Shown piece after piece: positions 1 to 11,639 of a stretch of DNA of 64,000 nucleotides (positions are counted from its first letter, which is position 1; the number at the start of each line of letters is the position of its first letter). The DNA is from Narcine bancroftii. Taxonomy: Eukaryota. Position numbers and translations under genes: made by a program. The notes below the pieces were generated by a model. The model was not told where the DNA came from. It saw nothing but the letters and a program-made list of their open reading frames with translations, and did no database searches. The stretch lies in assembly GCF_036971445.1 (NCBI RefSeq), contig NC_091473.1, positions 211,544,001 to 211,608,000 of the forward strand, given 5' to 3'.

Positions 1-363
1 GAAAATGGGCCATTGATGGACTGAACCGCTGCTGAAGCGGATGGAATTTAGCTCGGCTGGAGAAAAGCGACTGCTCCCTCAATAAAGTTGTGTGGAACAG
101 AGAGCGGATATCACCTTGAGAAAAACTTTGGCTGCAGATCACACTTACTCTTTAAATCTACCATGAATTTAAAGTCTTTCCTCGTCAACTCCTGAGCATG
201 ATATTAGTTAAATAAAATCTAAATACATGATGGAATTATTTTCAGAAAACAAATTATTAAAATTTAATCCCAATTTGTTCACGTTGCCAGATCACTGCTC
301 CCTCTGTGAGGCCGTGGGTGGCTCTTAGAATGTTTTTGTTGTGTGGAGAAAGGACGGAGTTCT

Positions 364-675
364 TCAGCCGCCAAAGCCATAGAGAGTGCAGCCCTGGCAT
401 TTCAGAGCATACACCACATCCATGGCGGTGACCGTCTTGTGCTTGGCGTGCTCGGTGTAGGTGACGGCATCCCTGATCACATTCTCCAGGAAAACCTTCA
501 GCACCCCGCGGGTCTCCTTGTAGATCAGCCCCGAGATGTGTTTCACTCCGCCACGCCAAGCCAGGCGGTGGATGGTGGGTTTGGTGATGCCCTGGATGTT
601 ATCACGGAGAACTTTATGGTGCCGCTTGACTCCACCTTTGCCCAGTCCTTTATCTCCTTTTCCTCTGCCAGACAT
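364..675 (-). pseudogene. H4: Histone H4 with an open 103-aa ORF but 11 substitutions and a broken 3' stem-loop; probable young pseudogene
   Basis: ATG at 675, TGA at 364-366. Protein is colinear with canonical H4 except G7D, A15V, R19H, A33T, R35H, R39W, R45H, E52K, R78H, R92C, R95C. Stem-loop (320-335) reads AAACATTCTAAGAGCC on the minus strand, so the 5' arm is lost. Identity is secure; pseudogene status is inferred. Confidence 0.8.
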
Positions 676-728
676 GGTCCCACTCACTGAAGTCGCTGAT
701 CAATGACAGCCCCACTGCTGCCGGCCCC

Positions 729-735
729 TTTTATA
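729..735 (-). promoter_or_regulatory. TATA box of the H4 gene
   Basis: TATAAAA on the minus strand ~55 bp upstream of the H4 ATG, with GC boxes at ~831-850. Confidence 0.65.
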
Positions 736-1049
736 CACAGCGCCCCGACCTGGCTGAGGACGTGCAGTGAAGGGGAGGGGAGGAGACAGAGTCAGAGTGA
801 CAGAGAGAGCAGAGAGCGGCCTCTCATCTTCCGCCCCGGCCCCGGCCCCGAAAATCGCCAATTTCCAACCGTGATCAGCAGCAGAAAAGAAACAGTGACC
901 GCGAACAACACACATGGGGTTACATTTTTTCCGATTTCCTGAAATATGAAAGCTTTAAATAGGCGCTGTGGCAATTAACTAATGGTGATATTCCTGCTGA
1001 AGCTCTGTCCCTTAGTTAACATAGGAAGGAGTCAAGGGTACATTCAAAT

Positions 1050-1290
1050 TAGGAGCAGGAGATAGCCATTCGGCCCAATGATACTGCTCTGCTTTCAATA
1101 AGAGACTTGATCTGCACTTGGACTTATCACCATTTCCCATAACCCTTAATCCACTCCTTTTAAGAAATCTGAGTTTTGGAAGAATTTAATGAGGCAGCTT
1201 CACTGGGCAGAGAATTCCGCAGATTCACTTCCCTCAGGGAGAAGGCATTTCCTCATCTCCATCTCAAATCTACTCCCCGGATCTCATCTC
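1050..1290 (-). mobile_element. CR1-type LINE 3' end fragment
   Basis: Reverse complement of a CR1/HER1-like 3' tail (plus strand 'aggagcaggagatagccattcggccc', 'cactgggcagagaattcc'). Confidence 0.55.
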
Positions 1291-1383
1291 CTTCCGTTTC
1301 ACCACGGAAGCCTGTCTCCTGTCCCCACACCTCCCCTCCTCGGTGAATAATCACCTTAACCCGGCTGATATGGGAAACCTCCC

Positions 1384-1594
1384 TGTGATGGCTGCAGATT
1401 CTGAGGCATGTGATATGTAATTACACCACTAGGTCGCCAGGGGTCATCCCAGTGACCTTGTACATAAAGCAGTCCAGAGCTACAGTCCAGACTTCCAAGT
1501 TGTCTTCCAAGACCTCTTAGTGTAAATATTGATTTATTAAAGTTGTCTTATACTCGCACTGCTGTTTTGGTTATTGTCAGTACAATTTAATACT
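1384..1594 (+). mobile_element. Probable solo LTR (~210 bp)
   Basis: Starts with TG; TATA-like 'tacataaa' and ATTAAA signal; flanked by CTCCC direct repeat (1379-1383, 1595-1599); terminal CA appears mutated. Confidence 0.4.
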
Positions 1595-1817
1595 CTCCCC
1601 CAGAATCTGCCTAAAGGAATTGGTATTGAACGGAGACAGGAGTCGATCACATTCCCAGACCGAGTGAAGCCTGTCCCGGACATCCCGTTGTCAGGATTTT
1701 ATTTGGACACTGGGACCGGGCGGGTGCAGAGAATATGATGGAGTTACCGGGCTTCGCGTGAATGATTCCCCGCTGGAATGTGAACGTGGTCCCGGAACAG
1801 GAGTGACGTGACTGGGT

Positions 1818-1860
1818 AGCAGCTCTTCACTGAGGGATGTGGGTGGCTCTGAGAAGAGCC
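1818..1860 (-). terminator. Histone mRNA 3' stem-loop plus histone downstream element (U7 site) of H1
   Basis: Minus strand GGCTCTTCTCAGAGCC-ACCCA (hairpin 1845-1860), followed by purine-rich GAAGAGCTG. Confidence 0.92.
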
Positions 1861-1896
1861 GTTGGGGTCAGGACTTTACACATTGAGCTTTTTCTT

Positions 1897-2559
1897 TCAC
1901 TTCTTGGCCGCTGCCTTGGGTTTAGATTTCGGCCGGGCCCTGGATTTTACAACCTTTTTGGTCGCCTTCACCTTGGTGACTTTGGCCTTCGGGGGGCTCT
2001 TGAACTTCTTCGGGGTCGCCTTCTTGGCCACTGGCTTCTTGGCCGCCGTCTTTTTAGCCGCTGGCTTCTTGGCGCCGTGTTTCTTGCTGGGAGATTTCTT
2101 GGCCGCGGGTTTCTTGGAGGGCGATTTCTTGATGACTGGTCTTTTGGCCGAAGACTTCTTTGCCACCGACTTCCTGGACTTCGACGCCGTGGCCGCTGGT
2201 TTCTTCGCTTTCTTTGCCAATGACACTGTTCTTTCTTTCTTCCCGGCCTTGAAGTGACCCGACAAGCCCGAGCCTTTGCATTGAACCAGGAGGCCGCTGT
2301 CCAATTTCCTCTTGATGCTCGTCTTGATGTGCGAGGCGGACTTATGCACATCAACGCCGCCAGCGGACAGAGCCTTCTTTATGGCGAAGTAGGACATCCC
2401 CCCGCGCTCGCGGCAATCCGCCACAATCTTGTCGATCTGATCGCCCAGCCTGGGACCGGCTGGCTTGGGCCGAGCGGCCGCCTTCTTCTTCTTGGGAGCC
2501 TTGGTTTGGGCGCCGGGAGTGGCAGGAGGAGCCGCTTCGGCCGCTGCGGTCTCGGTCAT
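1897..2559 (-). CDS. H1: Histone H1 (replication-dependent linker histone), 220 aa
   Basis: N-tail MTETAAAEAAPP; winged-helix globular domain (IKKAL...LVQCKGSGLSGHFK); Lys/Ala/Pro-rich C-tail; intact stem-loop and H1 box; CpGs preserved. Confidence 0.93.
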   Translation of the reverse strand: MTETAAAEAAPPATPGAQTKAPKKKKAAARPKPAGPRLGDQIDKIVADCRERGGMSYFAIKKALSAGGVDVHKSASHIKTSIKRKLDSGLLVQCKGSGLSGHFKAGKKERTVSLAKKAKKPAATASKSRKSVAKKSSAKRPVIKKSPSKKPAAKKSPSKKHGAKKPAAKKTAAKKPVAKKATPKKFKSPPKAKVTKVKATKKVVKSRARPKSKPKAAAKK

Positions 2560-2634
2560 GTCGGCGACTCTCACAATTTCTCCCCGAGTTTCAGAACTGA
2601 GTGAGAAATGAAGCGGGAGGCGGCAGCACAGAGC

Positions 2635-2708
2635 AACTTAAAGGCAGCGAGCGGACGGGGCGGAGACATCCTGCTGTCAGCTCCCGCCACCACCGCCTCT
2701 CTGTGTTT
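2635..2708 (-). promoter_or_regulatory. H1 promoter: H1 box, GC box, TATA-like element
   Basis: AAACACA H1 box (plus strand tgtgttt, 2702-2708), GGGCGG at ~2658, TTTAAG at ~2637-2642. Confidence 0.7.
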
Positions 2709-3227
2709 CTGTCCCCTCCAAAATTCTCCCATTCCTATTAACATCGGAAACCCCGGAGTCCCGGACTCACCCCCGACTGTCTCCGAGGACCGAATGTTTG
2801 TTGTAAAGGGATTTTGATCCGAATTCAATGAGATACTTCCCGTTTAAACCCGTTTCATTCCTGCACCGACCGCGTTCTCTCCCCCAATTACTGACATGTT
2901 TCCTGCTTTCCGACAGAAATATTAAAACCAACCAAAACTTTGACGTTCATTCCCACTTCAGCACTGAGCTGGGGGCCGACGCTATCCCGTGACTGGGAAA
3001 ACTTGTCATCTTTCACAGGAGGGGCCGGCAAATCCGTCGCTGTGATCGGATCCACAAACACAGAGACTCCAGTCAGACACCACCCCTTGAACACAGTCTC
3101 TCTGACACAATGTTACCCTCCGCACCTTCACAGCACAAACAGTAGACGGGAGCACAGTTCCCAGCACTGGTTTATCGTCTAAGCTGCGGATTCTCAGGAG
3201 TTCCTTGTGGTTTCCCAGCTCAGACAC

Positions 3228-4062
3228 TACCTATCCTTCGCCCCTCTCCGCCCACACCTCAATGAATTCCGTGCACGCTTAGATCCCAAACTCTCCTTCC
3301 GTCGTCTCTTCCTCCAGTTTAATTTCCAAGACTGTGACTCTTCACTCCCACCCCCATCCAAGACCCTTTCTCCCACTTTAAACCTTCTTCCTCCTCCTGG
3401 ACATCTTTTCCTGGTCAGCTACCCACTCTGGGCCTTATGTTTTCCAACTGCCACCAAGACATCAACCGTCTCAACTTTACCACCAGCCTCCTAGTATTCT
3501 AACCTCACAATGAAATCCGCACACAAGGATGGTGCTGTTGTGGTCTGGCTCATTGATATCTACCTTGCCGAGGCAAGTAAACAGCTCTCAGACCCCCTAT
3601 TGACCCCTCCCACAGGACCCCACCACCACACTTCAAGTCACTGTTTCCAATACCATTTCCAACCTCATCATCTCTGGTCACTGCCCCTCATGTCCACCAA
3701 ACCTACTCTCTACCACCCCCACACTGCCCGTTTCTATCTTCTACCCAAGATACACAAACCCAATTATCTGGGCAGACTGATTGTTTCTGCTTACTCTTGC
3801 CCCACCAGACTAGTTTCTTCTTTCTCCTCTGATCCAATCCCTCCCCACCTACATCTGCAACACATTACATGCCCTCCATCTCCTTAATGACTTCACATTC
3901 CCCGAACTGGACCTCCTCATCTTCATGATGGATGTCAAATCCCCACCTCTATCCCCACACACTGAAACACTTCACTTATTCCTGGACTAAAGACCCAACC
4001 AGTCACCCTCTATCACTACCCTCCTCTGCCTCACAGAACTTGTCCTCATTCTAAATAACTCT
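3228..4062 (+). mobile_element. Penelope-like element reverse transcriptase remnant
   Basis: KSAHKDGAVVVW (ADKG motif), TARFYLLPKIHKP, GRLIVSAYSCPT, IFMMDVKS; frameshifted. Confidence 0.8.
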
Positions 4063-4584
4063 GTTACTAACATGTCTGGTGCTGTGGATGGGTTTGGGGC
4101 AGGATTATTTGCAGAGATCTCTTGTTCAATAAGAGGTGGTGGGATTTACCTGGAACCCATTCACGACAGTGGATTTGGATTCATTCTAGATGTTAAAACA
4201 TGGGGAATCATGAGAGTTTTGGATTCCAACCCACATCTAGTATTTTCTGGGAATGTGTAGGATTCCCCATGGATTCTTTCTCCATGTGTGACCGAGTCCA
4301 TAATTCCTCTCCTTGCCAATCCACAGGACAGTTGGAATTCATTAGGTGTTCTATTTCATTTCTGAGAGTTTGTGGTGAAATGTGAAAATCATTTAAGAGA
4401 TTAGGTGGTTTCAGGGTACAGGGCCGGAGTGGAAAACAAGAGGCTTCTGCTCTGTCTGTCACTCTGATTCTGACTCCTCCCCTCCCTTTCACTGTGTGAT
4501 CCTCGGCCAGCTCAAATTGCTATGTGTAAAAGGGAACAGCAACAGTGGAGCTGTCACTAAGCAGTGACTGGAGGGATCAGCATC

Positions 4585-4931
4585 ATGTCTAGCAGGCAAA
4601 GGAGTCAAAGAACTGGGCAAAGGCAGAGCCAAGCAGCACCACTAAGTGCTCCATGATAACATCCAGGATATTTACCAAACTTGCCTGGCTCACCGTGGCA
4701 GAGTCAAGCAGATTTCAAGGCTGATCTATGAGGAGACATGCGGGTGCTGAGGATTTTCTTGGAGAAAGTGATCAGGGATGCCGTCACCTACAGCAAGCAA
4801 CCAAGCATAAGATGGTCACCACCATGGATGTGGTGTATGCTCTGAAACACCAGGGCCACACTCTTTATGGCTTCAGTGGCAAAGAAATCATCCTTTCTCC
4901 ACACAACAAAACAAAGTCTTTTCTAAGAGCT
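4585..4931 (+). pseudogene. H4: Histone H4 pseudogene (frameshifts, stop codon lost) with degenerate stem-loop
   Basis: ATG at 4585; recognisable [18 protein letters not shown] and [24 protein letters not shown]; 3' flank (to ~5220) is an inverted paralog of positions 1-360. Confidence 0.88.
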
Positions 4932-5395
4932 GCCCACCGCCTCACAGAGGAAGCAGAAAACCAGCAACGAGAACAAATTGGGATTAAAATTTAATTAATT
5001 GTGATTTAGAACATACACAGTCGATTTAAAGAATGAGGTGATCTACAGCTGAGGTTTTCCTCGAGGCAATCTCCACTCTCTGCCCAACACAACTCTTTAA
5101 TAATGCAGTGTTGTTCAAAGCCTGGAAACCTCCCTCCAGGGAACAGTCATTTTTCTCCAGCCTCTGGCAGATCTGGTTCCCCTCAGCTTCAGGACAGTCC
5201 AGTCCATCTGCAGCCCATTTTCGTTCTTTTTGAATATTTTATTTAAAATTTTCATCCCTGTAATTATATATTACCCAAAGTCAATGCCCACTCTCCCCTC
5301 CCCACCTTCTTGCCCCATCCAACTATAAAAGTTATGATAAAAAGATACAATATATAGTTGTATAAACAAATTATATAAAGATAAAATTAAAATAT

Positions 5396-5662
5396 TGTGG
5401 CAGGTGAACAGAGTAAGAAGCAAAGCCACCACGCTGAAGGTCGTTAATGACTGTTTTATTTGAATTTGGCATGTGCCCCTTTAAGGGCAGCATTGGTTCA
5501 GTCACCACCTGCATGATGACATCACAATTGCTCCCTGGGGCATGCGCCATGTGGGAGGTTTGAGTGTGGAAGAAACCCCCGATGGTGCCATCTTCCCAGG
5601 GCTGCCTCGTCATGTGGCATTATAAGCGGGGCTGGTTCACCCTGAGAGAGTGCACCATCACA
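5396..5662 (-). mobile_element. Gypsy solo LTR, same family as the LTR at 42296-42561
   Basis: TG...CA termini, 4-bp TSD ATAT (5392-5395, 5663-5666), colinear with 42296-42561. Confidence 0.85.
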
Positions 5663-5699
5663 ATATATAGAAAAAGTAATATCAATTGGGATTGCTCAA

Positions 5700-7610
5700 A
5701 GGATTAGCTCACACTCTGGAGTCTTACAGCATTTATATTAAACAACTTTGGGGAAGATTATTATAGGGCTTAAGAGGCCGGAAGTACATTTTTACATGTT
5801 TGCCTTAAACTTTGCATATACGAGCTCCAAACTTGTATGAAAATTCAATATTTGTTTTGCAAATTATGGTGTACATTTCCAAATACCATCTTTCTATACT
5901 CAAATGTACATCTGATTTCCAAGTCACTGCAATACATTTCCTTCCCACCACTAAAGCTATTTTAATAAATTTAACTTGATAAAATTATTGTTTTAATTCA
6001 GGTCTTGTTCCTTCCATATTCACCAATAAAAATAAATATGGATTTTGTGGAATAATATGGTTATCAACATGGTTATCCAACTGCACGAAAACCAACAAAG
6101 TCGGGTCAGATACAGCAATGAGCTCTCTGAACCCTTCTCCATTAACAATGGCGTGAAGCAAGGCTGCATTCTCACACCAACTCTCTTTTCAATCTTCTTC
6201 AGCATAATGCTGAAACAAGCCATGAAAGACCTCAACAATGAAGACGCTGTTTACATCCGGTACCGCACGGATGGCAGTCTCTTCAATCTGAGGTGCCTGC
6301 AAGCTCACACCAAGACACACGAGCAACTTGTCTGTGAACTACTCTTTGCAGATGATGCCGCTTTAGTTGCCCATTCAGAGCCAGCTCTTCAGCGCTTGAC
6401 ATCCTGTTTGGGGAAACTGCCAAAATGTTTGGCCTGGAAGTCAGCCTGAAGAAAACTGAGGTCCTCCATCAGCCAGCTCCCCACCATGACTACCAGCCCC
6501 CCCCCCCCCCCACATCTCCATCAGGCACACAAAACTCAAAACGGTCAACCAGTTTACCTATCTCAGCTGCACCATTTCATCAGATGCAAGGATCGACAAC
6601 GAGATAGACAACAGACTCGCCAAGGCAAATAGCGCCTTTGGAAGACTACACAAAAGAGTCTGGAAAAACAACCAACTGAAAAACCTCACAAAGATTATCG
6701 TATACAGAACCGTTGTCATACCCACATTCCTGTTCGGCTCCAAATCATGGGTCCTTTACCGGCATCACCTACGGCTCCTAGAATGCTTCCACCAGCATTG
6801 TCTCTGCTCCATCCTCAACATTCATTGGAGCGACTTCATCTCCAACAATGAAGTACTCAAGATGGCAGAGGCCGACAGCATCGAATCCATGCTGCTAAAG
6901 ATCAAACTGCACTGGGTAGGTCAGGTCTCCAGAATGGAGGACCATCGCCTTCCCAAGATCGTGTTATATGGCGAGCTCTCCACTGGCCACCGAGACAGAG
7001 GTGCACCAAAGAAGAGGTACAAGGACTGCCTAAAGAAATCTCATGGTGCCTGCCACATTGACCACTGCCAGTGGGCTGATCTCACTTCAAACCGTGCATC
7101 TTGGCACCTCACAGTTCGGCGGGCAGCAACCTCCTTTGAAGAAGATCGCAGAGCCCACTTCACTGTCAAAAGACAAAGGAGGAAAAACCCAACACCCAAC
7201 CCCAACCAACCAATTTTCCCTTGCAACCGCTGCAACCGTGTCTGCCTGTCCCGCATCGGACTTGTCAGCCACAAACGAGCCTGCAGCTGACGTGGACATT
7301 ACCCCTCCATAAATCTTCGTCCGCGAAGCCAAGCCAAAGAAAGACCGATAATCTGTTCTAAAAACTTGCCTAAATCCATTCAAAAAGTTCTAACTTTAGA
7401 ACATGACGCAGTGTGAAAAGGTGGCTATTTCTTAACCACATCTAAAACATTTCTGATGTCTGATTTCATTTTGTGCAATTGTTGCATTGTTAAATATAAT
7501 TGATGCAAATAATTATGTTGAACTAAACTCTATCTAACATTTATGATATTTGACATACAATCTTGACAGTTTCCATCAAACTTTTCTCCAAAATTGGCAG
7601 GCCATTTAAA
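5700..7610 (-). mobile_element. Degenerate L1/Tx1-like ORF2 3' region, interrupted by the RTE at 6060-7344
   Basis: AT-rich minus-strand remnants (FIKIALVVGRKCIAVTWKSD; RYSLVQHNYLHQLY) similar to the L1 at 39335-40306. Confidence 0.55.
6060..7344 (+). mobile_element. RTE-clade (BovB-like) LINE, 5'-truncated
   Basis: RT motifs GVKQGCILTPTLF and LLFADD; C-terminal CxxC...H zinc-finger-like motif; 3' tail aagccaagccaaagaaaga; frameshifts. Confidence 0.9.
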
Positions 7611-7744
7611 ATGAAACCACAGCCAATCGCACAGCAGCTTGTGTTCTCTCTCTGTTAGATGAAGTCCAGTTCCTAGTCACAAATTAGATCTTATATACCT
7701 CCTGTTCGCAGCTGATCAAATTATGGGTGTTTCTACGCCAACTG

Positions 7745-7995
7745 TAGGACCGTCAGCTGCAGCCATCTGGAGATGATGCAAGTCTTGTTGACCCAGCCAG
7801 CTCGATGATTTGAGCTGTCAGGTACTCAAGCACAGCAGCCAAATAGACCGGGGCTCCAGCGCCCATCCACTCAGCATAGTTGCCCTTTCTCAGGAGCCTG
7901 TGAACACGGCCCACAGGGAACTACAGTCCAGCCCGGGACAAGCGAGACTTGGCCTTGGACCGAGCTTTACCACCAGATTTCCCTCGTCCACTCAT
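7745..7995 (-). pseudogene. H2A: Histone H2A pseudogene (premature stop, internal deletion, 3'-truncated)
   Basis: Minus strand [67 protein letters not shown]; upstream CCAAT boxes at ~8092, ~8117 and ~8149. Confidence 0.92.
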
Positions 7996-8954
7996 CTCCA
8001 CAATTTCACCAACTCCTTCACTGCCAATAAGAAGCTGAGGTCGCAGTCGCCCTTCCTGTACCTTTTGGAGGAATGGAAAGGGAGCCTGATGATTGGACCT
8101 TCAGTGCTCACTGTCATTGGCTGAGTGAGGTCCCCATTCTGAGAGCAACCAATGAACAGGCAGCAGCTCGTTGAACACGAAGAATAACGGCCCGTTTCCC
8201 CAATCGTCGAAATGTGAAAAGGCCGTAAAATTTCATATGTGCAGAGTCTGAAAACAAGTTGTTGTGAATCTGATTGTTGGCGTGATTTCTCCTCATCAGT
8301 GATCACTCAGTCACATCGTGTATATTCATGTCCCGAGAATCACTGTGATTTATTTCAAGAAGTAACAGATGCAGGAAAGGAAACAATTCTCAACAGTAAA
8401 TGTTCCTCTGGGAAAAGACCGTGAATTGACTGATTTTGGGTGGTGATGGCATTCGGCGCAGTTATAATATGCGGGGATTCATTTCATAGAACATACCCAC
8501 AGTAGCAATTAAACAGTGAAAACGCTTGTATTTTGCCCACATTAATCGCTCCTAATTGTCAACATGTTTAATGACCATGAAAAACAGATAAGAATAAAAT
8601 GTTTCCGAGGCCCTTTAAGGGGCAGGAATTCAACAGCGACACCAGGAACATGCAGCACCGAAACCGCAAACTTGGATCAACACAAACTGTGAGAATAAAC
8701 GCGTGAAGCAGAAATTTCAGGATAATCTTTTGTTTTTAATTTGATAATCTGAATTATTTAGCAAAAAGTTTATATAAAACTACCAACTTCTTCACTTTTT
8801 TAACCAAACTGTTCATCTCAACTCACCACTATTAGTCATACTATCCTGATACTTCTAACCAAAAAACTATTGCTGTATTAACACTTGTTCTGCTCATAAC
8901 AAGGTTAACAGAACTGGGGGTGGGGGGGGGGGGGGGGGCGGGGGGGAAAGGGTG

Positions 8955-9400
8955 GCATTTCTCTTTGGAGCAAAGATGAATGTGAGGTGACTTAATTTTA
9001 GGACAAGATTATGAAAGGCATAGTTAGGGTGGACATCCAGCATCTTTTATTCAGAATGAAAGTAACAAAAACCAGAGGTCATGTGTTTAATACAAGGGTA
9101 GGAAAGTTTCAGGGAGATGTCATGGGTATGTTTTAATAAACACAGTGTTGTGGGTGCCTGGTTTGCATTGCTGGGATTGGGGGGGGGGGGGCTGGTAGAA
9201 CGAGGAATAGTTACACAGAGGTAAAAGAAATCACAGGTGGAGAAGCTTCAATAAGGAGGGATAGTCACAGAGTCTCCTTGGACATTTTTGGATGCAATAA
9301 AATTAGGGATTATGGGTACGAGGTCGGCTGGGGTTAGATTGTTTAGTAGGTTTATACTGTATAGGATGGCACAACATTGTGGGCTGAAATGTTTGAACTC
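8955..9400 (+). mobile_element. CR1 LINE 3' fragment
   Basis: 'ttctctttggagcaaag...gaggtgacttaat...accagaggtcat' CR1 C-terminal and 3' tail pattern. Confidence 0.55.
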
Positions 9401-9591
9401 TCCTGCAATATACAATCTGACATTCCCCAGCTTTCCACATCCTGACCCTGGGACTGGGGGCTTGAGTGGTGGGAATAGCTGGGTTTTATCCCCATGAGGG
9501 AAGGTGACTGATGGTGGGAATAGTTACACAGAGGTAAAAGAAATCACAGGTGGAGAAGCTTCAATAAGGAGGGATAGTCACAGAGTCTCCT
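9204..9591 (+). repeat. Exact 75-bp direct repeat (9204-9278 and 9517-9591)
   Basis: ggaatagttacacagaggtaaaag...cacagagtctcct occurs twice. Confidence 0.9.
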
Positions 9592-9734
9592 CCAGGGGAG
9601 ATGATTCTAAAATTCATCCAAGGTTCATGTGGGTAACCACCTTGATCCCAGGCACAACTATGGTTTCAATACCAATATTTCCACATGGACATATCTATGA
9701 CCTCATGCTCTGTCAAACCAAGGACACCACAAAT

Positions 9735-10180
9735 TGGGGGAACAGCACATTGTATTCTGTCTCGACCCTCTCAAACCAGGCAGAATTAATATCGACCTCC
9801 ATTTTCTGTGAACCATCTCTCCTGGTCATTCTCTATGCTGATCTGTCCATCTCCTTTCCTCCCACTCCCATCCTCTTCCCTTCCTCCTCCTGTCGACAGC
9901 TCCTCTTCTTATCCCCCTGCTCTCTCTCCCCCATCACTTCTCAGCTTCTTTCTCTCTCCCCACCCCCCCCCCCCCCAACCTGCATTACCTCTTACTTGTC
10001 AGCCTGTGCTCCTCCTCCTTCCCCTTCTCCACCACTTTTTAAATTTGGGCCTGATTTTCGGCACGACTGATGAATGACCCCATCCTTGTTGATTGCCTTT
10101 TACTTCCCATGGATGCTGCGTAACCTGCTGAGTTTCTTGTGGTTTTGCATCGACCACAGCCACTGCAGATTGTCCTGTTT
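9735..10180 (+). mobile_element. Penelope-like 3' end / terminal repeat
   Basis: 'gaacagcacattgtattctgtctc' (EEQHLIFRL-like), pyrimidine-rich tract, 'gatgctgcgtaacctgctgagtttct'; related copies at ~14775-14960, ~35200-35580, ~48040-48280, ~51400-51790. Confidence 0.6.
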
Positions 10181-10429
10181 TACCCAAGCGACTTGATCTT
10201 TGTGAGTCTGCTCTGCAAGGTTCGGCTTTGCAGTGGGAGAGGTCAGTGTCCAGGTCTGTGTGTGATGCTTCCCCACCCCTTCCCCAACCATCCAGCTCCC
10301 AGACATCCCTCAACTCCCGGAGGCAACTGAGCTCATGACACCACCACAGTCCTTTGTGTGACATCACTCAACGAGCTGATGTGTCTCCCTCCTGTACGCT
10401 TCCTCATTGCCATTTCTGATTCTGCGACA

Positions 10430-10690
10430 ACCGCAGTGTCATCAGTAAATTTGCTGATAGAATTGAAATTGTGCCTCATCACAGTCATGGATGTAGAGCA
10501 GTGGGCTAAGGATGAATCCTTGAGGTGAATCTGTGTTGATTGTCAGTGAGGATAAGATGCTGTTTCCAATTTGTACTTTCTATTGGTCTTCCATTGAGGA
10601 AGCCAAGGATCCAGTTGCAGAGGTGGGTACAGAGGCCCAGAGTTTGGAGATTGTTGAGCAGCACTGAGGGAATAATGGTGCTGAGTTTGA
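10430..10690 (-). mobile_element. Rex1/Babar LINE RT fragment
   Basis: Minus strand PQGFILSPLLY and SKFTDDT motifs. Confidence 0.6.
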
Positions 10691-11109
10691 TGTTATAAAC
10701 TATGGACTTGATCTGGATGAGTTGTTGTCACAGAACATTGATCTGGTTTATAGGTGGGACCTCTAACACATCCATCTCTGCAACCACATCCTTTCAACGA
10801 GCAACCTAATGCTCTCCTGTCTGTGAAGCCCTCCAGCTCCTGTACCTCTCAGTATCTCTCTGTACCAGGCCATCACAGGTGTAAGTGCTTCCTACCACTA
10901 TAATGGTGAGGGACAAGAGTGACTGGGACTGGTGATTGGAGGGAGGGAGCCAGCTTTGACAGACAGAACCAGATTACAGTCATTTACGTCCAAAGATCCA
11001 GAACTCGATATAAGGCGTAGGTACAATCTACAGAAAGCCATCTCCCTGGGGAAATGGAGATAGTAGTCAAGAATGGATGAGGAGTAGTTTCTGGTTCCAA
11101 ATTAAATTG

Positions 11110-11600
11110 TGATAAAAATGAAATAATGCCCATAGTAATGGCGGATTATGAGAAGTGTAAAATTGCAGTTTAAATGGCAGAGAGATCCAATTAAATATTT
11201 AGGTATTAAAATTGACAATAATTTACATATTTAAATTGAATTATACACCACTAAAGAAAAGAGAAGATTCAATAAATTGGATTGAGAGTCTTAAAATGTT
11301 AGAAAATTTTAAAGTCAACAGATGTTTTAAACCAGCAGACTTTGGAATTGCCACATTTGCTCAGTTAGACCACTTTGCTGATCTACGCGAAAGTGGTTTT
11401 GGTACCGTTAGCTAGTACTACTAAATAACCTAGAGCGACTACATTGTGGATTTGTAATGGGAAAAGCCAGAGTGGCTCCATTAAAGCCAGTCAACATATC
11501 TCAAATGGAATTGACTTGCTGCTACGATGGCGAGCAAAATGGAAGAAACTGTGTTAAGAAAACAATTACAGATGCAGATTCTATGTTTTGAGCTATTATA
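11110..11600 (+). mobile_element. L1 ORF2 fragment (to ~11260) joined to a BEL/Pao RNase H fragment
   Basis: FKWQRDPIKYLGIK (L1); QLDHFADLRESGFGTVS and GFVMGKARVAPLKP...MEL (Pao RNase H). Confidence 0.7.
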
Positions 11601-11639
11601 CAGGCTCTTATGGATAATAGTGGCATGAGGGCCTGGAAG

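Noticed and set aside
8000-8700. Expected divergent H2B partner of H2A, or an H3 gene
   Set aside because: CCAAT boxes are present but no H2B or H3 coding remnant could be recognised
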